A DNA stretch of 64,000 bases from Chitinophaga pinensis (lineage in GTDB: Bacteria > Bacteroidota > Bacteroidia > Chitinophagales > UBA10324): the NCBI GenBank assembly GCA_945903305.1, contig CAMDOA010000002.1, positions 54,704-118,703 of the forward strand, read 5' to 3'. A program made the translations under genes and the position numbers. Positions 47,830 through 55,300 of the stretch are shown here, piece by piece. The notes below the pieces were generated by a model. That model did not search any database. It was not told where the DNA came from and saw only the letters and a list, made by a program, of their open reading frames with translations. Numbering within the stretch: position 1 is the stretch's first letter; each line of letters begins with the position of its first letter.

Positions 47830-50100
47830 ATGATAAAACGATTTCTGATTTTTATTTTCTCTCTCTCTTTTTCAATAGTTGCATTTGCACAAAAGGCCGA
47901 TATACGCGGAACTGTTCTTGATAAAAAAACCGGCGAGCCCATGATATTTACCAATGTGGTGCTGCGCGGAACCACTATTGGCGCCACTACCGATCTGAAT
48001 GGATTTTTTTCCATCAGCAATGTGGCAGCAGGTACTTATATTTTAAGTTGCACCAATGTTGGGTACGATACAGTAGCAGTAAACATTACCGTGAAGTCAA
48101 ACGATTTAATCACACAGAAAATATTTCTGGAACCAACCGCCTTTACATTAACTGATATTGAAGTAACAGCCAGACGCGAAGAGAAAAAAACAGAAACCGG
48201 AATTTCATTAACCAAACTTACTGCGAAGGATATAATGAGGTTACCATCGGTGGGAGGTGAATCAGATCTTGCACAATATCTGCAGGTAATTCCAGGAGTT
48301 ATTTTCACCGGTGATCAGGGTGGCGAATTATATATTCGTGGAGGTTCGCCCATTCAGAATAAAGTGATGCTCGATGGCATGACTATTTACAATCCGTTTC
48401 ACTCCATCGGTTTGTTTTCAGTTTTTGAAACCGACATTATCAAGAATGCAAATGTGATGACAGGTGGTTTCAATGCCGAGCATGGCGGACGATTATCGGC
48501 AGTGGTTGATGTAGTAACCCGCGATGGAAATAAAAAAAGATTGGCCGGAAAAATTTCGACAAGCCCGTTTATAACCAAAGCAATTTTTGAAGGGCCGTTT
48601 AAAAAAATGGATAACAATGGAGGCAGTTCTTCTTGGATACTAAATGCCCGATCTTCTTATCTCGATAAAAGTTCGAAACTGTTTTATAATTATATTGACA
48701 CAGTCGGTTTGCCTTTTGGGTTCAATGACTATTACGCTAAAGTATCTATGAACGGAGGCAGCGGAAGCAAGCTCAGTGTATTTGGTTTCAACTTTAACGA
48801 TCATGTAAATTATAATGGCGTGAGTGATTTCAAATGGAACAATGTGGGTGTCGGTACTAATTTCGTTTTAGTGCCGGGTGGTTCAAACATGCTAATTGGT
48901 GGTTCCATTTCATATTCCGATTATCACATTGCGTTGAAGGAGGCAGACGAACAACCGCGCACCAGTCGTATCAGTGGTTTTGATATTAATACTTACTTCA
49001 CCTACTTTCTAGCTCACAACAGCGAGGTGAAGTATGGTTTTACTGTTGGAGGTTATCGAACCGAATTTGAATTTTTCAATACCCTTGGATTGAAAATCGG
49101 TCAGGATCAAAACACAACTGAAATTGGTGGATATATTGTGGTGAAAGAAGTATTGAACAGATTAGTATTAGAGCCAAGCATTCGTTTTCAATATTATGCT
49201 TCGTTGCCGGTGCTTTCACCTGAGCCACGGATCGCCGCTAAATACAATCTAAGCGAAAGCATTCGGTTGAAAGGTTCAGCGGGAATTTACACACAGAATT
49301 TTATCAGCACTAAATCAGATAAAGATGTGGTGAATCTGTTCAATGGTTTTTTAACAGGCCCTGATCAGGAACTGAGAGATTTGAATAATGTAGTTGCTGA
49401 TAATAATTTACAAAGAGCCGCTCATTTAGTGGGTGGCATTGAAGCCGATGTAAATAAAAACATGGAGGTAACGGTAGAGAGTTACTACAAAAAATTCGGT
49501 CAGCTTATAAATCTGAACCGCAATAAACAATTGGCTACAGATCCTGATTTTCAGATTGAAACAGGCAAGGCTTACGGGGTAGATTTTTTATTGAAGTATG
49601 AATACAAGGGTTGGTATGTGTGGACCGGTTATTCACTTGGTTATGTGAAGCGCGATAATGGCAATCAGATTTATCCGCCTCATTACGATCGCCGTCACAA
49701 TGCAAATGTTGTAGTGAGCTACAATTTCGGAAAAAATAAACAGTGGCAGGTAGATGCACGATGGAATCTTGGCAGTGGATTTCCGTTTACTAAAACTCAA
49801 GGATTTTATGAGTTCTATAATTTCTTAGATGGAATAAATACGAACTACACCACCGGAAACGGACAGTTAGGAATTATTTATGATTCCACTTTAAACTCCG
49901 GTCGCTTGCCTTACTACCATCGCCTGGATCTTTCGGCAAAAAGAATTTTTAAACTTGGAACCAATGCACGGTTAGAAGCAAACATCAGTATCATAAATAC
50001 ATACAACCGCGAAAATATTTTTTACTTTGATCGGGTTCGCTATGAGCGCGTGAATCAATTGCCTTTCCTGCCGAGCGCAGGGATAAATATTAGTTTCTGA
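47830..50100 (+). CDS. TonB-dependent outer-membrane receptor with N-terminal carboxypeptidase-regulatory-like domain
   Basis: 756 aa. Signal peptide, CarbopepD_reg-like segment (IRGTVLDKKTGEPM..NVVL..T..GATTD.NG.F), plug (GGE.YIRGG...N.V.LDGM.IYNP.H), and a barrel ending in ...INISF. Confidence 0.88.
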   Translation: MIKRFLIFIFSLSFSIVAFAQKADIRGTVLDKKTGEPMIFTNVVLRGTTIGATTDLNGFFSISNVAAGTYILSCTNVGYDTVAVNITVKSNDLITQKIFLEPTAFTLTDIEVTARREEKKTETGISLTKLTAKDIMRLPSVGGESDLAQYLQVIPGVIFTGDQGGELYIRGGSPIQNKVMLDGMTIYNPFHSIGLFSVFETDIIKNANVMTGGFNAEHGGRLSAVVDVVTRDGNKKRLAGKISTSPFITKAIFEGPFKKMDNNGGSSSWILNARSSYLDKSSKLFYNYIDTVGLPFGFNDYYAKVSMNGGSGSKLSVFGFNFNDHVNYNGVSDFKWNNVGVGTNFVLVPGGSNMLIGGSISYSDYHIALKEADEQPRTSRISGFDINTYFTYFLAHNSEVKYGFTVGGYRTEFEFFNTLGLKIGQDQNTTEIGGYIVVKEVLNRLVLEPSIRFQYYASLPVLSPEPRIAAKYNLSESIRLKGSAGIYTQNFISTKSDKDVVNLFNGFLTGPDQELRDLNNVVADNNLQRAAHLVGGIEADVNKNMEVTVESYYKKFGQLINLNRNKQLATDPDFQIETGKAYGVDFLLKYEYKGWYVWTGYSLGYVKRDNGNQIYPPHYDRRHNANVVVSYNFGKNKQWQVDARWNLGSGFPFTKTQGFYEFYNFLDGINTNYTTGNGQLGIIYDSTLNSGRLPYYHRLDLSAKRIFKLGTNARLEANISIINTYNRENIFYFDRVRYERVNQLPFLPSAGINISF

Positions 50101-50216
50101 TAACTATTGATTTAAAACTCTTTTAATTTCTATTCGAATTAAAAGCAGTGGTTGAAGGGGATTACAACTTTCTAAAACAATAATTATTTGCCGCTTTGTA
50201 ATGTAGATTCAAAACA

Positions 50217-50224
50217 TATCTTTG
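50217..50224 (+). promoter_or_regulatory. Consensus -7 box TATCTTTG for rpmI-rplT
   Basis: Exact TAnnTTTG match 22 nt upstream of the rpmI ATG. Confidence 0.5.
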
Positions 50225-50245
50225 CCCGCTCAATTTTTTTGACCT

Positions 50246-50443
50246 ATGCCTAAAATGAAGACTAATTCCAGCGCCAAGAAACGATTCCAGGTTACCGGCT
50301 CAGGAAAAGTAAAAAGGAAAAAAGCTTTTAAAAGTCATATCCTTACAAAGAAATCACATACCCGAAAAAAAGAACTCGGAAAAGATACTATTGTACATAG
50401 CGCTAATTTCGCTCATGTTCAAAAATTACTTGTAACTCTTTAA
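50246..50443 (+). CDS. rpmI: 50S ribosomal protein L35
   Basis: 65 aa. [31 protein letters not shown]. Confidence 0.95.
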   Translation: MPKMKTNSSAKKRFQVTGSGKVKRKKAFKSHILTKKSHTRKKELGKDTIVHSANFAHVQKLLVTL

Positions 50444-50502
50444 TCAATAAAAAAAATTCATTATTCAGCAATCGAATAACGAATTAAAAATAACTACATA
50501 AC

Positions 50503-50850
50503 ATGCCTCGTTCAGTAAATGCCGTCGCCTCCAGAGCCCGCCGAAAAAAAGTCTTAGAAAGAGCTAAAGGATATTGGGGAACCAGAAGTACTAATATTTC
50601 AACTGCGAAAAATGCGGTTGACAAAGCCCTTGCCTATGCGTATGTAGGTCGCAAACAGAAAAAGAGAGATTACCGCTCACTTTGGATTGTGCGCATAAAT
50701 GCAGGAGTGCACGAACATGGTATGACTTACGGTCGCTTTATTGCGGCATTGAAAAAAAACAACATTGAATTAAATCGAAAAGTGTTGGCTGATTTGGCTA
50801 TGAATGAGCCGGTTGCTTTTAAAGCAATAGTGGATAAAGTAAAAGATTAA
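50503..50850 (+). CDS. rplT: 50S ribosomal protein L20
   Basis: 115 aa. MPRSVN.V.SR.RRKK.L..AKGY.G and YAY.GR...KR..R.LWI.RINA. Confidence 0.96.
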   Translation: MPRSVNAVASRARRKKVLERAKGYWGTRSTNISTAKNAVDKALAYAYVGRKQKKRDYRSLWIVRINAGVHEHGMTYGRFIAALKKNNIELNRKVLADLAMNEPVAFKAIVDKVKD

Positions 50851-50873
50851 AATTATTTATAAAAATGATTCAC

Positions 50874-50906
50874 AACCGCTCCGTTCAACCGGAGCGGTTT
50901 TTTTTT
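50874..50906 (+). terminator. Rho-independent terminator of rpmI-rplT
   Basis: Stem aaccgctcc / ggagcggtt followed by T9. Confidence 0.85.
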
Positions 50907-50964
50907 GAATAAAAATGAAGCAGAAAAATTGTAGCCAAACTGTGTTGATTTATTACATTGTTCC

Positions 50965-51834
50965 ATGATCCGGGCATTTGGGTTTTATTTAGTTTATCCA
51001 TTGTTGTACTTGATATCCTGTCTTCCGTTTTGGATGTTGTATGGATTGTCTGATATGTTTTATGTGGTTCTGCAATTATCTGGGTACAGAAAGAAAGTAG
51101 TTCTTACTAATCTTCGCAATGCATTTCCTGAAAAAAGTGAAGCAGCGATTTTGCTTATCTGCAATAATTATTATCGCTACCTGTGTGATTTGATTTTGGA
51201 AACAATAAAAACAATGACCATGAGTGAAGCACAGGCAAAAAAAAGATGTGTGTTTCATAATCCTGATTGGTTGAACGCAATTTATGCTGAAGGGAAAAGT
51301 ATTATTGTTTTAATGGGGCATTATGGAAACTGGGAGTGGGCAGGTCCGGCTTTTTCATTGACCACTAAATTTCAGTTGGTGGTTATTTATCGTCCGCTTT
51401 CAAATCAATATTTTGAAAAGATGACGGTGAAAATGCGAACCCGACACAGTACAAAAATTACTGCTGTGAACAGCACATTGCGTGATATGGTTGCGAATAG
51501 AAAATCGATTACAGCAACGGCTTTTGTTGCAGACCAAACCGCTACTCCTGAAAATGCATACTGGACAAATTTCCTGAATCAGGATACAGCCGTATTTACA
51601 GGGCCTGAAAAACTGGCGAAAAAATTTAATTACCCGGTTGTGTATATGAATGTAAAAAGAGTGAAGCGCGGTTATTACGAAGTTTTTCCTGAACTGCTTT
51701 TTATGCATCCGAACGAAACGAAGGAGAATGAAATTCTTGATACCTTCATGCATCGTTTAGAAACTGAAATAAATATTGATCCTTCGATTTGGTTGTGGTC
51801 GCATCGCAGGTGGAAACATAAGGGAAACTATTAG
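50965..51834 (+). CDS. Lipid A biosynthesis (LpxL/HtrB-type) lysophospholipid acyltransferase family protein
   Basis: 289 aa. N-terminal TM helix, GHYGNWEW catalytic motif, family-typical length and C-terminus W.W.HRRWK. Confidence 0.8.
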   Translation: MIRAFGFYLVYPLLYLISCLPFWMLYGLSDMFYVVLQLSGYRKKVVLTNLRNAFPEKSEAAILLICNNYYRYLCDLILETIKTMTMSEAQAKKRCVFHNPDWLNAIYAEGKSIIVLMGHYGNWEWAGPAFSLTTKFQLVVIYRPLSNQYFEKMTVKMRTRHSTKITAVNSTLRDMVANRKSITATAFVADQTATPENAYWTNFLNQDTAVFTGPEKLAKKFNYPVVYMNVKRVKRGYYEVFPELLFMHPNETKENEILDTFMHRLETEINIDPSIWLWSHRRWKHKGNY

Positions 51835-51915
51835 TGAACAGTGAATAGTTAAAAGTGAATAGTGATTTGCTGGAAAATATCCTTCACACTTCATTCTTAG
51901 ATATTCACTCACTAC
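51834..51915. repeat. Low-complexity GTGAATAGTGA-word inverted repeat in a 3' spacer
   Basis: gtgaacagtgaatagttaaaagtgaatagtga faces ccttcacacttcattcttagatattcactcactac. The reverse complement of the second arm contains gtagtgagtgaatatct. Confidence 0.6.
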
Positions 51916-51935
51916 AAGTTCTTCGTTATAAAAAT

Positions 51936-51943
51936 TATCTTTG
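51936..51943 (+). promoter_or_regulatory. Consensus -7 box TATCTTTG for the desaturase gene
   Basis: Exact TAnnTTTG match 16 nt upstream of the ATG at 51959. Confidence 0.45.
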
Positions 51944-51958
51944 CATTAATCCCCACAG

Positions 51959-52933
51959 ATGCGAACCGGCAAGGAATTGATTTTGGCTACCAAGCCTTTT
52001 ACTATTGAAAACAGAATCCGTAGTTGGTATGAAACTATTCTTACTCTTACTTTATTGATTGTTTCACTTGGCGCAAATTTTATTCAACTGCCCCTGGTAT
52101 TCAGATTATTTTTTTGTTTGACAACTGCGTTGTTGTATGTGCGCATGTTTGTGATTTATCATGATTACCAGCATCATTCTATTTTACAAAAATCAAAAGC
52201 CGCATCACGGTTAATGAAGGCGTTTGGTATTTATATTCTGGCGCCGCAAACAATCTGGAAACGCTCGCACGATTTCCATCACAATCATAATTCGAAACTG
52301 ACTATTAATGGAATCGGCTCTTATCCTACTATCAGTAAAACGAGATTTTTAAACCTGACGAAGACGGAACAAAAAATTTATTTGCTGAACAGGCATCCAC
52401 TGGTTATTATTTTCGGATACTTCACTTTGTTTTTTTACTGGCTGAACATCCGTTCGTTTATACAAAGCCCGAAGAAGCACATTGATTCGTTGGTTGCAAT
52501 TGTGTTGCATGTGAGTATTTCGGTTTTCATTATTTATTACTTAGGTGTTGCTACTTTTTTTATCAGTTGGTTTTCGCCGTTCTTTATTTCGTTTGCGTTG
52601 GGTTCTTACTTGTTTTATTGTCAGCATAATTTTCCGGCGGCTCAATTTCGTGAGAACCCGGATTGGAAGTATGATTCGGCTGCCATGTACTCCACCAGTT
52701 TTATGAGTATGCCACAATGGATGCATTGGTTTACGGGGCATATTGGATATCATCATGTGCACCACATGAATTCTCGCATTCCGTTTTATAGTTTGCGGAA
52801 AACAATGGCGAGTATGCCGGAGTTGCAATCAGTAGTTAAAACCTCGTGGAACCCGATTGAAATATGGCGTTGCTTTCAATTGAAATTGTGGGATGATGAA
52901 CAGAAGCGGATGATTCGGTTGAGTGAGCTATAA
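51959..52933 (+). CDS. Membrane fatty-acid desaturase
   Basis: 324 aa. Three His boxes: HDYQHH, HDFHHNH and HHVHH. Confidence 0.88.
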   Translation: MRTGKELILATKPFTIENRIRSWYETILTLTLLIVSLGANFIQLPLVFRLFFCLTTALLYVRMFVIYHDYQHHSILQKSKAASRLMKAFGIYILAPQTIWKRSHDFHHNHNSKLTINGIGSYPTISKTRFLNLTKTEQKIYLLNRHPLVIIFGYFTLFFYWLNIRSFIQSPKKHIDSLVAIVLHVSISVFIIYYLGVATFFISWFSPFFISFALGSYLFYCQHNFPAAQFRENPDWKYDSAAMYSTSFMSMPQWMHWFTGHIGYHHVHHMNSRIPFYSLRKTMASMPELQSVVKTSWNPIEIWRCFQLKLWDDEQKRMIRLSEL

Positions 52934-52959
52934 ATTTCAAAAAAGTGTTGAACGACACT

Positions 52960-53271
52960 CATAAATTGAGTGACGACGGTCGTAAATTGAATGACGACGA
53001 AGATAAATTAGTTGGCGATGATCATAAATTAGCTGACAGCGTAAATAATTTGAGCGTACACGAAGATAATTTGAGTGGCGACGACGATAAATTGAGTGAC
53101 GACGGTCATAAATTAGTTGACAGCGTAAATAATTTGAGCGTACACGAAGATAATTTGAGTGGCGACGACGATAAATTGAGTGACGATGGTCATAATTTAG
53201 CTGACAGCGTAAATAATTTGAGCGTACACGGCGATATTTTGATTGCGCTCGTCGTTAAATTTTGTGTGAGC
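52960..53271 (+). repeat. Tandem array of about 14 phased 21-nt units with an 84-nt higher-order repeat
   Basis: Units follow NATAAATTGAGTGACGACGGT. 84-mers at 53023-53106 and 53107-53190 differ at 2 positions, and a third, partial copy starts at 53191. One frame stays open (ORF 52945..53286). Confidence 0.9.
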
Positions 53272-53341
53272 AGAAAAGAATTGTAAGGACCTTAATTTTT
53301 TTAATGGAAATGAATAAATAGATATTGGCGATGCTTTTAAC

Positions 53342-53557
53342 TTCTGCCTCGGTTCGTGTCCCCACGAACCGAAACCTGACGCCACATAAAACCCAAAACT
53401 TATTATTATTTTTGCTTGATGTTTCCGCCTGAAAATACAGATATTCGTCGACACAGTTCTACATTTACTGGAGCGATGAGTTTAATTTTCTTATACACAT
53501 AGGACAAGCATGGTAGCGATAAAATTTCGGTTCGTGAGGATACGAACCGAGGCGGAA
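53342..53557. mobile_element. MITE-like element (216 bp) bounded by approx 33-bp terminal inverted repeats that are each a hairpin
   Basis: Left end ttctgcctcggttcgtgtccccacgaaccgaaa. Right end tttcggttcgtgaggatacgaaccgaggcggaa. A short copy lies at 59487-59582. Confidence 0.65.
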
Positions 53558-53575
53558 TTATTGTAACTCGCTAAT

Positions 53576-55030
53576 ATGAAAGCACTACTTCTTTCTCTGA
53601 CTTTTATTTTCTTGTCTTGCTTCTGTTATTCACAGAAGCAAGACCGAGTTTGGATATTCGGGGACTCCACTGGAATTGATTTTAATAATTTAACTACCCC
53701 AATTAGCATTGGTTCATCAGAATATAATATGCTCGAACCAAACGCTTCCATTTCTGATTCCACTGGGCAATTACTTTTTTACACTAATGGCATTCCCAAA
53801 GTTGGAGTCAACTATGATTACTATGGTTCAATTTATAATAAATTACATCAACTAATGGATGGTGGTGATTCAATTTACACCAATTACACTGTTACTAGCG
53901 GTTCAATTATTTTTTCATTTCCAAATTCAAATCTGTATTACATTTTTCATCTCTTTCCTACCGCTTTTCCTAAATATTCACTTTACTATTCAACAGTCAA
54001 TATGAATATGAACGGAGGATTGGGGAAAGTAACCGTGAAAAATATTTTGCTTTATAGTGATTCTCTTAGTGAAAAGATAACAGCAATTAAGCATGCAAAT
54101 GGAAGGGATTGGTGGTTAATCTGCCATCAACTACAAACAAATAGGTTTGTCAAATATTTGATTTCACCATATAGTTTAAGTAACCCACTCTATCAGGATA
54201 TAGGAATTGTATTTCCCACTGAAAATGGTGAAGGTGAAATTTCTTGTTCTCAACAAGGGAATAAAATTGCAATTGTTAATAATTATGGTGGCCTTGATTT
54301 ATTTTCCTTTGACCGTTGCACGGGTGAATTAAGCAATTACATTGAGTTAGGAAGTCAGCCATATTCTACTAACAAAATCTTTTACGGATTAAGTTTTGCT
54401 CCCAATGGAGAGGTGATTTATGTCTCTACTTTTAAAAAGCTATTCAAACTCAAATTAGATACCTCAGATATTCTTTCATCGAAAACTCAAATTGCAAGTG
54501 TATCGGGGCAATTACAAATAGGTCAGCAAGAACTTGCATCAGATGGGAAAATTTATATTACCGCTTCCGATGGTGGAACACCAACCACATTTAACACTAA
54601 CCTATCTGTCATCAATTCACCAGATGATTTTGCAAATCCAAACTTCACGCAGTATTCATTTTCATTGAATGGCAGAAGATGCTTTTACGGATTACCCAAC
54701 ATGCCCAACTACAACTTAGGAGCATTAACAGGAAGCGAGTGCGATACGATAACAGGAGTGAATATTGAACAGTTAATAGTGAACAGCAAAGTACAGATAT
54801 ACGCTAACCCTGCCACAAATAAATTAACAATAGAATACTCAATTGAAAGCAAGGGAGAATTAAGTATTTACAATTTACTTGGCGAGAAAGAAATGGAAAT
54901 TGAATTAGAAAAAGGTGCAAGCAAGAAAACAATTTCACTGCAAAATATTTCAAATGGTTTTTACATCTGCGTTGTGAGAGATGATAATGGAAATTTGTTT
55001 GGTAAGAAAATAGTGGTACAGCATGAATGA
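53576..55030 (+). CDS. Secreted beta-propeller-like protein with T9SS type-A C-terminal sorting domain
   Basis: 484 aa. Signal peptide, N-terminal WIFGDSTGIDFN...ASISDSTGQLLFYTNG motif, and C-terminus IYANPATNKLTIEY...GFYICVV. Confidence 0.8.
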   Translation: MKALLLSLTFIFLSCFCYSQKQDRVWIFGDSTGIDFNNLTTPISIGSSEYNMLEPNASISDSTGQLLFYTNGIPKVGVNYDYYGSIYNKLHQLMDGGDSIYTNYTVTSGSIIFSFPNSNLYYIFHLFPTAFPKYSLYYSTVNMNMNGGLGKVTVKNILLYSDSLSEKITAIKHANGRDWWLICHQLQTNRFVKYLISPYSLSNPLYQDIGIVFPTENGEGEISCSQQGNKIAIVNNYGGLDLFSFDRCTGELSNYIELGSQPYSTNKIFYGLSFAPNGEVIYVSTFKKLFKLKLDTSDILSSKTQIASVSGQLQIGQQELASDGKIYITASDGGTPTTFNTNLSVINSPDDFANPNFTQYSFSLNGRRCFYGLPNMPNYNLGALTGSECDTITGVNIEQLIVNSKVQIYANPATNKLTIEYSIESKGELSIYNLLGEKEMEIELEKGASKKTISLQNISNGFYICVVRDDNGNLFGKKIVVQHE

Positions 55031-55256
55031 AAATTTTGTACACGGCAACATGATTGATGCATCAGACTTATTGCCTAGTTTGTTTATTGTTGCTAAGTGT
55101 GAAGGATTGAAGAAGAAATCCTTTTAATTGTAATCAATTAAAAGATTGAAGCGTAAAGCCTGACAGCATTCTTTGTAATCAAAAAATGGTGGCACACCCA
55201 AATTAAGCTAAAGTTTTACTTCCCTAATACCTATTCGTTTTTTTCACTTAGAATAT

Positions 55257-55264
55257 TACATTTG
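55257..55264 (+). promoter_or_regulatory. Consensus -7 box TACATTTG for rpsA
   Basis: Exact TAnnTTTG match. It contains the TTG that opens the six-frame ORF at 55262. Confidence 0.55.
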
Positions 55265-55300
55265 CAACCCTTAAAAAACAAAACAAAAAGGAACCACAAA

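Noticed and set aside
52945-53286. Annotating the 113-aa ORF (VLNDTHKLSDDGRKLNDDEDKL...) as a protein-coding gene.
   Set aside because: The ORF coincides exactly with the DNA-level 21/84-nt tandem array. It has a GTG start 11 nt after the preceding stop, no promoter box and no recognisable fold or signal. I keep it as a repeat and list the coding possibility as an open question in the findings.
53197-53454. 85-aa minus-strand ORF (...GSWGHEPRQKLKASP...), and the similar ORF 59396..59599 (...GAWGHAPRQK...).
   Set aside because: The shared peptide is just the translation of the palindromic terminus of the hairpin-TIR element. The ORFs run across array and element boundaries and have no other coding signal.
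55105-55160. Perfect 10-bp palindrome cttttaattg-taat-caattaaaag, flanked by gattgaag direct repeats, downstream of the T9SS gene.
   Set aside because: It is AT-only, has no T-run, and I saw no second copy. It may be a weak terminator or chance palindrome in AT-rich DNA, and it is not strong enough to report as a feature.
55262-55300. TTG start at 55262 for rpsA, as given in the six-frame track.
   Set aside because: That TTG is part of the consensus -7 box TACATTTG (55257-55264), so it can hardly be translated. GTG at 55301 (MEENQIENQ) or the later ATG is more plausible.
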